Assembly (NCBI GenBank): GCA_007693555.1
Contig: REDJ01000106.1
Coordinates: forward strand, 2,496-66,495
Direction: 5' to 3'
DNA length: 64,000 nucleotides
Source: Bacteroidota bacterium
Lineage (GTDB): Bacteria > Bacteroidota > Bacteroidia > Bacteroidales > UBA7960
The notes under the pieces were generated by a model, which saw only the letters and a list, made by a program, of their open reading frames with translations, was not told the origin of the DNA and made no database searches. The translations under genes and the position numbers were made by a program. Of the stretch, positions 37,704-48,363 are shown in pieces; position 1 is the stretch's first letter; each line of letters opens with the position of its first letter.

Positions 37704-37836
37704 ATTTAAGACTCCCTCTGTCAAAGAGTAAAAGTCAGTTTTTCATTTTATGGGGAAAAAGTAAATAATTTACGAATTTACTTTTTTCCCATTTCTTTTA
37801 TTGTATCTTTACCTCACCAAACCAAAACTTATTTCC

Positions 37837-39294
37837 ATGAAGACTCTTAATTTAACTTTAGACAATTTTGAAGAGTGCTTTCCGGAGGATTTTACTCCTT
37901 ATGAGAAAGCTTGTGCCAAAACACTTTTTTACAAGGTATTTGCCTTGAAAATGCATGAATTTTACAGGGGCAAAATGCAAACACTACCTAAGGCTCCTGT
38001 TTATGGTTTCAACTGGTTTAATGCCTGGTATACGCCCGGTGTATCACGCATAAGCACGCACATTCGCGATGCCAACGACAGCTCATATGATTTATCAAAC
38101 CGGGGCAATCTGGTGGCAGTAGTCAGTGATTCCACACGTGTTCTGGGTGATGGCAACTGTACACCGCCCGGCGGGTTGGGGGTAATGGAAGGAAAAGCCT
38201 TCCTGATGAAATACCTGGGTGGTATTGATGCCATTGCACTGTGTCTTGATAGTCGAAACAGCAAAGGGGAGCACGATCCTGAAAAAATCATAGATTTTGT
38301 AAAAATGGTTCAACCCAGCTTTGGAGCAATCAATCTTGAAGACATTTCACAACCCAATTGCTACAGGGTGTTGGACGTACTCAGGGAAGAATGTGATATA
38401 CCTGTTTGGCATGATGATGCGCAGGGTACAGCATGTGTAACACTTGCCGGGCTTATAAACGCACTGAAACTGGTAAATAAAAAAATTGAAGATGTAAGAA
38501 TTGTTTACCTGGGTGCAGGTGCTTCCAACACAACAATAGCTCGTGTTGTTAACCAGGCCGGAGGAGATCCTGCAAAAGCCATCATGTTCGATTCAAAAGG
38601 GGCCCTTCATAAAGGAAGAAAAGATATTGAAACAGACCCTCGTTTTTACAGGAAATGGGAGCTTTGCCAGACTACCAATCCCAAACAAATCGACACAATG
38701 GAAGAGGCCATTAAAGGTGCGGATGTTTTGCTTTCACTTTCTACACCAGGTCCCGACCTTGTTAAACAAAACTGGATTCAGATAATGGGCAGCAAACCTG
38801 TTGTCTTTGTTTGTGCCAACCCTGTGCCTGAAATTTATCCCTATTCAGCAAAAGAAGCCGGAGCATACATTGTTGCCACCGGACGTGGAGATTTCCCTAA
38901 CCAGGTAAACAACTCCGTAGGATTTCCGGGAATATTGAAAGGAGCTTTGCTTGTAAGAGCAAGAAAAATCACAGATGAAATGACCATTGCAGCTGCTAAA
39001 TCCATTGCCGATTTTTCTGAAAAACGGGGTATTCATACCGAAAATATCATTGCAAATATGAATGAAACCGAAGTCTTCCCTCATGAAGCGGCTGATGTTG
39101 CTATGCAGGCCATCAAAGATGGTGTAGCACGTATAAAAATGACATGGCAGGAAGCTTATGACAAAGCATGGCACGATATTTCCCATACACGGAAAATGAC
39201 TAAGTTCATGCAGGAAAACGGCCTGATCGAGGAGCCACCGGCCAGAATTTTACAGGAATCACTCGATACTGCAATCAGAAAAGTAAGGCTTTAA
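37837..39294 (+). CDS. NAD(P)-dependent malic enzyme (no PTA domain)
   Basis: YTPGVSRIS, VVSDSTRVLGDGN, GVMEGKAFLMK, INLEDISQPNC and the Rossmann motif YLGAGASNT. The start is taken at ATG (MKTLNL) rather than the TTG at 37801. Confidence 0.87.
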   Translation: MKTLNLTLDNFEECFPEDFTPYEKACAKTLFYKVFALKMHEFYRGKMQTLPKAPVYGFNWFNAWYTPGVSRISTHIRDANDSSYDLSNRGNLVAVVSDSTRVLGDGNCTPPGGLGVMEGKAFLMKYLGGIDAIALCLDSRNSKGEHDPEKIIDFVKMVQPSFGAINLEDISQPNCYRVLDVLREECDIPVWHDDAQGTACVTLAGLINALKLVNKKIEDVRIVYLGAGASNTTIARVVNQAGGDPAKAIMFDSKGALHKGRKDIETDPRFYRKWELCQTTNPKQIDTMEEAIKGADVLLSLSTPGPDLVKQNWIQIMGSKPVVFVCANPVPEIYPYSAKEAGAYIVATGRGDFPNQVNNSVGFPGILKGALLVRARKITDEMTIAAAKSIADFSEKRGIHTENIIANMNETEVFPHEAADVAMQAIKDGVARIKMTWQEAYDKAWHDISHTRKMTKFMQENGLIEEPPARILQESLDTAIRKVRL

Positions 39295-39362
39295 AGAGAA
39301 AAGAAAAGCTTAACACAGGAAAACAACAGGGATTCACCTGTTTCTCACTTGGATTTATTTAT

Positions 39363-39370
39363 TAAATTTG
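39363..39370 (+). promoter_or_regulatory. candidate -7 box TAAATTTG for ruvA-sprA
   Basis: TAnnTTTG match 25 nt upstream of the ATG at 39395. Confidence 0.4.
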
Positions 39371-39394
39371 GCGGTTAAAAAATAAAACCGGCCT

Positions 39395-39985
39395 ATGATT
39401 GCATTTATTGAAGGGGATCTGGTTGAGAAAACCCCTGCCTATGTTGTTGTAAACTGCAGTGGTGTGGGGTATATGATTCACATTTCCCTGAATACTTTTT
39501 CCAAAATACCTGATTCAGGTACCGTTAAGCTGCACACTTCCATGATTGTAAGGGAAGATGCCCATACCCTTTATGGCTTTGCCACACAGGAAGAGAAAAA
39601 TCTTTTCAAAAACCTGATCACTGTAAGTGGCGTGGGTCCCAATACCGCCCGTATGATTTTATCTTCAATGACAGTTGAAGAGGTCTCCGGTTCAATTGTT
39701 TCAGGGGATGCTTCAGCCTTGCAATCAGTTAAGGGTATCGGGGCCAAATCTGCCCAGAGAATTGTAGTGGATTTAAAAGATAAATTAGGTAAAGAAAGCT
39801 ATGTAAGTCAAGAAAATTTGATATCCTCAGACAATACATTACGTGAGGAAGCGTTAACAGCATTAGTAATGCTTGGTTATAACAAACCCATTGCTCAAAA
39901 AACAATCAATCAGATTCTTAAGAAAAACGCCGGCGTGAAATTAACCGTTGAGCAGTTAATCAAAGAGGCCTTAAAGTACTCTTAA
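39395..39985 (+). CDS. ruvA: Holliday junction branch migration protein RuvA
   Basis: MIAFIEGDL...VVNCSGVGY, the HhH motifs (VSGVGPNTARMILS, VKGIGAKSAQRIV) and a C-terminal domain III. Confidence 0.93.
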   Translation: MIAFIEGDLVEKTPAYVVVNCSGVGYMIHISLNTFSKIPDSGTVKLHTSMIVREDAHTLYGFATQEEKNLFKNLITVSGVGPNTARMILSSMTVEEVSGSIVSGDASALQSVKGIGAKSAQRIVVDLKDKLGKESYVSQENLISSDNTLREEALTALVMLGYNKPIAQKTINQILKKNAGVKLTVEQLIKEALKYS

Positions 39986-40014
39986 AAAAGTATTCGTATT
40001 TTTTAAATATCAAA

Positions 40015-43000
40015 TTGGTGCCAAATCCTGTAAGACCACAAAAAACCATTACAGCTTTTCTGCTTTTGTTTTTTGCATTTGCCTATCCGGTATTTACTGC
40101 AGGTAATGTTTTTGACAATTCTTTTTCCGGCAACATTGAATTATTTAATTTGGTGCCCGATACCACTGAACAAGAGGTACAGCCTATACCCCCTGCTCCT
40201 CCCGGCAGCCCCGGAGATTTGCTTTTTGAAGACCCCGTACTTCCTCCGATAATTCTTGGAGATCCTGAAAATATTACCACAGAAATACATTTTGACCCCG
40301 AAACCAATCGCTATTTCAAAATCCGTAAAATGGGTGACAGGATTATTGGCAGACCGGTTTATATCTCTTTTGAGGATTATCTTAATTATGATATGGATCG
40401 GGCACTCAGGAATTACTGGCATGAAAAATCGAAGCCACAACCCTTTGAGCGGCAGGATGGAATCATTCCGCAAATATATGTGGGGGGAGAGGTATTTGAC
40501 AGGATTTTTGGAGGAAGCACCATTGACATCAGACCCACCGGATCTGCAGAACTGATTTTTGGGGTATTGTCAAATCGCAGGGAAGACCCTGCATTGGATG
40601 AAAGAAGAAGGCAAACAACAAACTTTGATTTCCAGCAAAAAATTCAGCTTTCTGTACAGGCTCAAATAGGCGAAAAAATAGAAATCCAAAGTAATTATAA
40701 CACCGAAGCCAGCTTTGATTTTGAAAACCGGATGAAGCTTGAGTATCGCGGGCATGAAGATGAAATACTTCAGTTAATTGAAGCAGGTGATGTTACACTG
40801 CCTTTACCAGGTACATTGATATCAGGGAACCAGGGATTATTTGGCTTCAAAACGCAACTCAGGTTTGGTAATACTACTGTTACCAGTGTATTCTCTCAAC
40901 AGCGTACCGAGTCTAAATCCATAGAAGTACAAGGGGGAGCTCAAACCACTGAATACGAGTTTAAGGCAGATGAATACGAGGAAAACAGGCACTATTTTCT
41001 GGCACAATATTTTAGGGATAATTATGACAGTGCCCTGGAAAATCTGCCAATTATCAATTCAAATATTATCATAAACCGAATTGAGGTTTGGATTACCAAT
41101 ATAGGCCCTGCCACTGAAGACAACCGCAATATTGTTGCCCTTTCCGACCTTGGTGAGGCCAGCCCTTTCAATCAGAATATCGGTGGCAGTCAGGTCCCTT
41201 TTCCTTCAAATTTCTCCAATAATCTTTACACGGATTTAGAGAATACTCCCATTCGCGATATTTCGCAGGTAAACAGTTATCTTAGTCAGCGTCCGGAAGA
41301 ATTTTCAGCTGGCAGAGATTATGAAAATGTGGAAAATGCACGACGATTAAGAAGCAACGAATACACCTTTAACCCAAGATTGGGCTTTATCTCACTTAAT
41401 CAGACTGTAAGTCCTGATCATGTGCTCGCTGTTGCTTTCGAATATACCATCATTGGAGATGAAACTCTTTATCGGGTTGGAGAATTCACCAATGATGTCA
41501 CAGCACCCAATTCTCTTATTGTAAAACTTCTGAAAAGTACAGCAGTTGATACCCGCCACCCAATGTGGGATTTGATGATGAAAAATGTTTATAACATCGG
41601 GGCATTTCAAATAAACAGGGATGACTTTCGCTTAAATGTACTATATGAAGATGAGGAACTGGGAGTTCCCATTGGGTTTTTTAACGAAGGACCATTGGAA
41701 GGAATACCTCTGATTCGTGTATTGGGTCTTGACAGGCTGAATACTCAGCTGGATCCTGTGCCAGACGGAGTTTTCGACTTTGTTGACAATGCCGCAACCC
41801 AGGGAGGTACTATTCAATCCTCCAACGGTCGTGTATATTTTCCGGTTGTAGAACCTTTTGGCTCTCACCTTCGGAAAATGCTTGTTGACCCCGCCCTGGG
41901 AGACAAATATGCCTTTGACTCACTATATACTACTACAAAACACCGGGCACAGCAGTTTCCCGAAAGAAACAGGTATATCATTGAGGGACGATACAAATCT
42001 GCTGCAGGTTCTGAAATTCCCCTGAATGCACTAAACATACCTCAGGGTTCTGTGGTAGTTACACAGGGAGGAGTTCCACTGGTAGAGAACCAGGACTATA
42101 CTGTAGATTATACCCTGGGTAGGGTAAGAATTATAAATGATGCTATTCTGAGTTCAGGTGCTCCTATCCGTATATCACTGGAAAGCCAGAGTTTATTCAA
42201 TATACAAACCCGCACCCTTATGGGTACACATGTGGATCACAGGGTAAATGAGAACCTGCGTATCGGGGGTACCATCATGCGACTATCAGAAAGACCGCTC
42301 ACACAAAAAGTAAACTATGGCGATGAACCTATTGCCAATACAATTTGGGGCCTCCACACCACATATCAAACCCAGTCCCTTTTTCTTACCCGGTTGCTTG
42401 ACCGGCTTCCTTTTTATTCCACAACAACACCTTCAAGAATTACATTCATTGGGGAATTTGCTCATCTTATACCTGGACACTCAAGGCTCATTGGAAGTGC
42501 TGGTACTGCTTATATAGATGATTTTGAGGGTAGCAAATCGACCATTGACCTGAAGAATGTACATTCATGGCACTTAGCCAGTACCCCCCAGTTTCAGACA
42601 CAACCGGGGATGTTTCCTGAAGGTGCACCCGGCACCGGACTTGCGTTTCGTTATAACAATGCACGGCTGGCATGGTATATCATTGACCGGCTTTTCTATG
42701 ACAATACCAGCATCACCCCCTCTCACATACGCAATGATCCCGACCAGCTATCCAATCATTATGTGCGTGAGGTCAGAGAAAACGAAATCTGGCCTAACAA
42801 GGATACACCCTCTGGTATTCCTTCTGCTGTACCTGTATTGAATCTTGCATTTTATCCCAGTGAGCGGGGTATGTATAATTATACCGTTGAGCAGAATAAT
42901 TATAGCAGGGGAATAGGTGCGGATGGTACATTAAATGAACCTCAAACCCGCTGGGGAGGGATTATGAGACCAATGAGGAATACGGATTTTGAAGCCAATA

Positions 43001-46000
43001 ACATTGAATATATCGAGTTCTGGATGCTTGATCCATTTATTTATGATGAAGAACACTCCGGTGGAGATTTGTATTTTAACCTGGGAGATATATCCGAAGA
43101 TGTGCTGCGCGATGGTAGAAAAGCTTTTGAAAACGGACTGCCTACAACAGATGAAGTAGTTAATGTTGATACTACCATCTGGGGTCGTGTTCCAACTATA
43201 CAGGCAATAGTTAACTCTTTTGACAATAATCCCACTGCACGGGAATTCCAGGATGTGGGACTTGATGGTTTGAGCACAGAAGATGAGCGTGACTTTTTTG
43301 AGGAAAAGCATCAATTTCTCAGCAGAATAGCAACCCTTCATACAGAAAACTCAATGGCTTACCAACTGGCTTTTGAAGACCCGTCTGCAGATAATTTCCA
43401 GTATTTCAGAGGAACCGAACTTGATCAGAATGAGGTAAGTATTCTTGAGCGCTACAAAAGATATAACGGACTTGAGGGTAACAGCCCAACCTCAGAACAA
43501 TCTCCCGAGCCTTACCCCACACAGGCAACCAATCTGCCCAATACCGAAGATATCAATCTGGATGGTACACTCAATGAGGCTGAAAGATATTTTCAGTACC
43601 GGGTAAGTTTGCGTCCTGAAGATATGGTAGTGGGAAGAAATTATATTACTGATGTAGCAGAAGCAAGGGTAACACTCAGAAACGGACAAAACGAAGTGGT
43701 AAACTGGTACCAGTTTAAAGTCCCCCTGCGCGATCCCAACAGACAAGCCATAAATAACATCCAGGATTTCAAATCCATCCGGTTTATGCGGATGTTTATG
43801 AAAGATTTTGAAGAACCCATTGTTCTCAGATTTGCAACTCTTGAACTGGTCAGGGGCAACTGGAGAACTTTTGACCGCTCATTAACAACACCAGGTGAAT
43901 ATGTGCCTGATGACAACACAGATACTTCTTTTGAGGTGTTTACAGTAAATATTGAAGAAAATGCCACACGTTCTCCAATCCCTTACACACTGCCACCAGG
44001 TATTGAACGCGAAACGGATTTAGGAACCACATCCCTGCAGAGAAGGAATGAGCAAAGCCTTGCAATGCGCGTAAGCAACCTGAAAGACGGAGACTCACGT
44101 GCTGTTTACAAAACTGCTGACCTTGACATGCGTCAATACCGCCGCATACGCATGTTTGCCCATGCTGAAGCGCTGGGAGATGAACTTGCCTTGAAGGATG
44201 ACGAACTGACTGTTTTTCTGAGGTTAGGGACCGACTTTACAGGAAACTATTATGAGTATGAAGTGCCCATGAAGGTTACACCATGGGGAACCGGTCCAAT
44301 CAGAGAACTGGTATGGCCTGCAGAAAATGATTTTGATATTTACCTGGATAAACTTACCGACCTGAAACTTACACGTAATATTTTAATGCGTGATGCTTCA
44401 AGCGGAGTTACACTAAACACTCCTTTTTCTGAATTTGACGGCGATAACAGAATGACCGTAGTGGGTACACCTACCCTCAGCAATGTTAGAGTAATCATGA
44501 TAGGGATTAGAAATCCTAGAAGAACATTCAATACACCACATGATGACGGATTGCCCAAATCAGCAGAAATCTGGGTAAACGAGTTAAGATTGTATGAATT
44601 TGAAGACCAGGGTGGATGGGCAGCATCAGGAAGGGTGAACGCACAACTTGCCGACCTTGGAAACCTTACCGTTGCCGGGTTTACAAGCACACCTGGTTTT
44701 GGAAGCATAGAACAAAAAGTGAATGAGAGAAGCAAAGAGTATGTCAGATCATACGATATTGCTACAAATCTTGAACTGGGCAGGCTTTTCCCTGAAGATT
44801 TCGGCCTCAGAATCCCCTTCCATTTCAGCTTCTCAGAGTCATTCACAGATCCCCAATATAACCCGCTTAATCCTGACATATTGTTCAGAGATGATCTGGA
44901 ATCTTACGAAACGGAAGCAGAAAAAGATTCCATCAGGGGTATTGCACAGGATTATGTAAGAAGAAAAAATTTCAATTTTACCAATGTGGGTAAAAGCAGA
45001 CTCACACCCGGCACTGGTAACCGGTTGTGGAGCATAGAAAATTTTGACTTTACCTACTCCTATTCGGAGGTATATGCCAGAAATATTGACATTGAATATG
45101 ACAGTCAGAAACTCTGGAGAGGGATAGTCGGCTACAACTGGCAAACCTCTCCAACAAATGTAACTCCCTTTTCCGGCGTTTCGGCTTTCTCCGGAAACGC
45201 TTTCAGGATCATCAGAGATTTTAATTTCTACTATATGCCCCGCCTTGTATCACTCAGGTCGGTCATGAACCGTGGGTACAGTGAATCGCTCATGAGGGAC
45301 AAGAGCAGCTACCAGATCATCATCGAGCCCAATTTTATCAAAACTTTTTCATGGGATCGACTTTATGATGTACGTTATGATCTCACCCGTGCCCTCAAAC
45401 TTGAATTCCGCGCAACCAACAATGCAAGAATTGATGAACCTCATGGGCGAATCAACCGCGAAGACAGGGATGAATGGGAGCAATATCGCAGTGAGGTCTG
45501 GAGAAATATCGGCAACTACGGACGGACAACCTTTTACAATCAGAGAGTTAACCTTACTTACAACCTGCCCATAAACAAACTTCCGTTGCTCGACTGGGTC
45601 ACCTCAAATGCGGGTTATACAGCAGATTTTGATTGGCATGCTGCACCCCTGGCTGCAACAGAACTGGGCAATACAATCGAAAACTCCAATACCAAAAGAC
45701 TAAACGTGAATGCCAACTTTGTAACTCTTTATAATAAGGTAGGTTTTCTTAGGCAAATCAACCAAAGTGGTATGGCAAGACCACAGCAAAGGACACAACA
45801 AAGAGCTCCACAGCAAAGGCCTCAACAGCAGACGCAACAGGAGGATGAAGAAAGAGATTATTTTAAAATTTTCTATGAAGGCTTCTTCAGGATATTAATG
45901 GGAGTCAGAAATCTGAGTATCAATTATACACAATCCAATGGTACCCGCTTACCTGGATTTGCACCCACACCTGAAATATTAGGTCAAAGATGGGATTTTG

Positions 46001-47259
46001 AAAAGGAGGGCTATGGTGCCCCGGGCCTGGGATTTGTATTTGGCAGCCAGGAAGACATCAGAGACAGGGCATTAGCAGAAAACTGGATGGTTACTGCAGA
46101 AAATCTCAACAATCCCTATATTACAAACTTTACCGAAAACCTCTCAGCTCGTTCGCAGTTTGAACCCTTGCCCAATATGAGGATTGAATTCACAGCCCTG
46201 AGAAATTTTTCACGTTCTCACCAGGAATATTTCAGAGCAGGCAGTGATGGAGTTTTTGGTTCATTCAGCCCGCAAACCGCAGGTAGCTTTAGTATTTCAT
46301 TTTTATCCATCGGTACTGCATTTCAACCCACAGATGATGAATACACATCACAGGCTTTTGAGAATTTCAGAGAGTATCGTTTTCAGATTGCCCAAAGACT
46401 TTGGGGAAAAAATCCCAATGCAACGGGTGAAATGATTGACAGCGTCACAGGCTTCCCTGTCGGCTATGGTCCAACCTCACAGGAAGTGCTTATTTCCTCA
46501 TTCATGGCAGCGTATGCCGGCTGGGATCCATCCGGTTCCAAAACAGATCCGTTCCTGCGTATCCCTATGCCCAACTGGAGATTGACCTATGACGGACTAT
46601 CAAGGATACCTGCATTGAGAAAACACTTCCAGACAATAACCATTGCCCATGGTTATAGCAGTACATTTACCATTAATTCTTACCGTAGCAATGCCGATTT
46701 CAGGGATAATGATTTTCCTGGTTTCCCGTCTACTTTTGATAACCTTGGCAATTTTATACCTGAATTTGAAATAGGTCAGGTGTCCATCAACGAGCAATTC
46801 AGGCCACTTATCAGTGTCGACATGACCTGGGTAAACAGCCTTACAACCCGGGTAGAATACAGAAAATCCAGAAATATTGGCCTGAGCATGGCAAACAACC
46901 AGGTTACTGATGTGAATAGCCGGGAAATTATTATAGGAACGGGATACCGTTTCAAGGATTTGGCATTTAATATTGCCCAGGGCGGCAACACACAAAGAAT
47001 TCAAAGCGACCTGGTATTGAGACTTGACCTGGCTTTCAGACGAAACCAAACCGTGCTGCGAAAGCTTATAGAAGAAGTGGATGTTATTTCTGCCGGTCAA
47101 AACAATATCGGAATCAATTTCTCTGCCGACTACCAGGTGAGCGCCAGAGTAACCATGCGGCTATTCTATGATCGCAACATCACCAATCCTTTCGTTTCCA
47201 ACCAATTCCCCACATCCAATACACATGCCGGATTTAGTTTCAGATTTATGCTGATGTAG
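40015..47259 (+). CDS. sprA: gliding motility / T9SS cell-surface protein SprA
   Basis: 2,414 aa, directly downstream of ruvA (conserved Bacteroidota synteny). It is beta-rich with a Q/R-rich insert (RPQQRTQQRAPQQRPQQQTQQ) and an aromatic-rich C-terminal strand. The TTG/GTG start is uncertain by a few codons. Confidence 0.88.
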   Translation: MVPNPVRPQKTITAFLLLFFAFAYPVFTAGNVFDNSFSGNIELFNLVPDTTEQEVQPIPPAPPGSPGDLLFEDPVLPPIILGDPENITTEIHFDPETNRYFKIRKMGDRIIGRPVYISFEDYLNYDMDRALRNYWHEKSKPQPFERQDGIIPQIYVGGEVFDRIFGGSTIDIRPTGSAELIFGVLSNRREDPALDERRRQTTNFDFQQKIQLSVQAQIGEKIEIQSNYNTEASFDFENRMKLEYRGHEDEILQLIEAGDVTLPLPGTLISGNQGLFGFKTQLRFGNTTVTSVFSQQRTESKSIEVQGGAQTTEYEFKADEYEENRHYFLAQYFRDNYDSALENLPIINSNIIINRIEVWITNIGPATEDNRNIVALSDLGEASPFNQNIGGSQVPFPSNFSNNLYTDLENTPIRDISQVNSYLSQRPEEFSAGRDYENVENARRLRSNEYTFNPRLGFISLNQTVSPDHVLAVAFEYTIIGDETLYRVGEFTNDVTAPNSLIVKLLKSTAVDTRHPMWDLMMKNVYNIGAFQINRDDFRLNVLYEDEELGVPIGFFNEGPLEGIPLIRVLGLDRLNTQLDPVPDGVFDFVDNAATQGGTIQSSNGRVYFPVVEPFGSHLRKMLVDPALGDKYAFDSLYTTTKHRAQQFPERNRYIIEGRYKSAAGSEIPLNALNIPQGSVVVTQGGVPLVENQDYTVDYTLGRVRIINDAILSSGAPIRISLESQSLFNIQTRTLMGTHVDHRVNENLRIGGTIMRLSERPLTQKVNYGDEPIANTIWGLHTTYQTQSLFLTRLLDRLPFYSTTTPSRITFIGEFAHLIPGHSRLIGSAGTAYIDDFEGSKSTIDLKNVHSWHLASTPQFQTQPGMFPEGAPGTGLAFRYNNARLAWYIIDRLFYDNTSITPSHIRNDPDQLSNHYVREVRENEIWPNKDTPSGIPSAVPVLNLAFYPSERGMYNYTVEQNNYSRGIGADGTLNEPQTRWGGIMRPMRNTDFEANNIEYIEFWMLDPFIYDEEHSGGDLYFNLGDISEDVLRDGRKAFENGLPTTDEVVNVDTTIWGRVPTIQAIVNSFDNNPTAREFQDVGLDGLSTEDERDFFEEKHQFLSRIATLHTENSMAYQLAFEDPSADNFQYFRGTELDQNEVSILERYKRYNGLEGNSPTSEQSPEPYPTQATNLPNTEDINLDGTLNEAERYFQYRVSLRPEDMVVGRNYITDVAEARVTLRNGQNEVVNWYQFKVPLRDPNRQAINNIQDFKSIRFMRMFMKDFEEPIVLRFATLELVRGNWRTFDRSLTTPGEYVPDDNTDTSFEVFTVNIEENATRSPIPYTLPPGIERETDLGTTSLQRRNEQSLAMRVSNLKDGDSRAVYKTADLDMRQYRRIRMFAHAEALGDELALKDDELTVFLRLGTDFTGNYYEYEVPMKVTPWGTGPIRELVWPAENDFDIYLDKLTDLKLTRNILMRDASSGVTLNTPFSEFDGDNRMTVVGTPTLSNVRVIMIGIRNPRRTFNTPHDDGLPKSAEIWVNELRLYEFEDQGGWAASGRVNAQLADLGNLTVAGFTSTPGFGSIEQKVNERSKEYVRSYDIATNLELGRLFPEDFGLRIPFHFSFSESFTDPQYNPLNPDILFRDDLESYETEAEKDSIRGIAQDYVRRKNFNFTNVGKSRLTPGTGNRLWSIENFDFTYSYSEVYARNIDIEYDSQKLWRGIVGYNWQTSPTNVTPFSGVSAFSGNAFRIIRDFNFYYMPRLVSLRSVMNRGYSESLMRDKSSYQIIIEPNFIKTFSWDRLYDVRYDLTRALKLEFRATNNARIDEPHGRINREDRDEWEQYRSEVWRNIGNYGRTTFYNQRVNLTYNLPINKLPLLDWVTSNAGYTADFDWHAAPLAATELGNTIENSNTKRLNVNANFVTLYNKVGFLRQINQSGMARPQQRTQQRAPQQRPQQQTQQEDEERDYFKIFYEGFFRILMGVRNLSINYTQSNGTRLPGFAPTPEILGQRWDFEKEGYGAPGLGFVFGSQEDIRDRALAENWMVTAENLNNPYITNFTENLSARSQFEPLPNMRIEFTALRNFSRSHQEYFRAGSDGVFGSFSPQTAGSFSISFLSIGTAFQPTDDEYTSQAFENFREYRFQIAQRLWGKNPNATGEMIDSVTGFPVGYGPTSQEVLISSFMAAYAGWDPSGSKTDPFLRIPMPNWRLTYDGLSRIPALRKHFQTITIAHGYSSTFTINSYRSNADFRDNDFPGFPSTFDNLGNFIPEFEIGQVSINEQFRPLISVDMTWVNSLTTRVEYRKSRNIGLSMANNQVTDVNSREIIIGTGYRFKDLAFNIAQGGNTQRIQSDLVLRLDLAFRRNQTVLRKLIEEVDVISAGQNNIGINFSADYQVSARVTMRLFYDRNITNPFVSNQFPTSNTHAGFSFRFMLM

Positions 47260-47350
47260 AGAAAAATCTTTTTAGGGAAAATTCGAAACAAGCCTGACTG
47301 TGAATAGCATGAGGCGAAACAAGGGTAAATCCGATGAGGTGAAAACTTAT

Positions 47351-48289
47351 TCAGATATCAAATTTTGAAGAAAAGGAGAATTTGTTTTTAAAGTTTATAA
47401 GTTCATCTTTTACCGAAATGGGTTTAATGGTTTTCAGAGGTTCAATCCTTTTATCCTTTTCCACTTTGATTTCGCGCATCACCAGGTGCTGATTTACAAA
47501 GATCATATCCATGTGCGGATAAATTTCCTTGATGGTATTGGCTATTCCGAAGATGGAAAGATTTTGATCCACAAGATTATACAACCCTGAAGGAAGATAA
47601 AAGTCCGGATTAATAAGATTGCAAAGCACCCTTACAACTTTATCAACGTGAATGAATGCACGGGTTTGCTGCCCGTTTCCGTTAATCTGGATACGCCCCA
47701 TGAAATTTACTTCAAACATAAACCGGTTAATTACAGCTTCGAATCTTACACTGGGACTGTATCCATATACATTACCACATCGTATGATATATGTATCTAT
47801 TTTATCAAACAGTCTTTCAATGTGCTTTTCACCTCTTAACTTGCTGCTACCGTAAAAAGTTTTGGGGTCAGGAATGGTGTCGATGGTAATAATTTCGTCA
47901 GATGCTCCGTATACCGAGGTTGTACTCAGATAAACAAACTTTTTTACATTGCTTTCCTCAATGGCATAAATGAGTTCTGCTGTTCCCCAATGGTTGACCT
48001 GTTCGAAAAGGTGTGAATTTTCTGTGGCATAAGGTGTAGATACTATTGCAGCGAGGTGAAATACCACGTCTATGTCTTGCAATTCCTTTTTCAATTTCCG
48101 TGAATCAAGCAATTCACCTTTTACAAATTGAATTTTATGAGGTTCGTAGCGGGTGTCAAGAAAAAGATTATAGTTTTTCCTGCTGAGGTTATCATAAACG
48201 ATAACTTTTTCTACATGAGGCACTTTCAGCAACTCAAAAACAAGCTCATTTCCCACATATCCGGCTCCACCGGTAATCAATATCTTCAT
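47351..48289 (-). CDS. NAD-dependent epimerase/dehydratase family protein
   Basis: N-terminal Rossmann motif MKILITGGAGYVGNEL and the catalytic YGSSK (YxxxK). Confidence 0.85.
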   Translation of the reverse strand: MKILITGGAGYVGNELVFELLKVPHVEKVIVYDNLSRKNYNLFLDTRYEPHKIQFVKGELLDSRKLKKELQDIDVVFHLAAIVSTPYATENSHLFEQVNHWGTAELIYAIEESNVKKFVYLSTTSVYGASDEIITIDTIPDPKTFYGSSKLRGEKHIERLFDKIDTYIIRCGNVYGYSPSVRFEAVINRFMFEVNFMGRIQINGNGQQTRAFIHVDKVVRVLCNLINPDFYLPSGLYNLVDQNLSIFGIANTIKEIYPHMDMIFVNQHLVMREIKVEKDKRIEPLKTIKPISVKDELINFKNKFSFSSKFDI

Positions 48290-48363
48290 AAAATTTCTTT
48301 TTTCCTGAAGATTTTAAATAATTGATGAATAGTTTTGTGATTAAAAAATTATATTATCAGGAT

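Noticed and set aside
44340-44879. 179-aa minus-strand ORF inside sprA, together with the 166-aa ORF at 46600..47100.
   Set aside because: Both are antisense to the 2,414-aa SprA ORF and show no recognisable motifs. The sprA frame is continuous and compositionally coherent.
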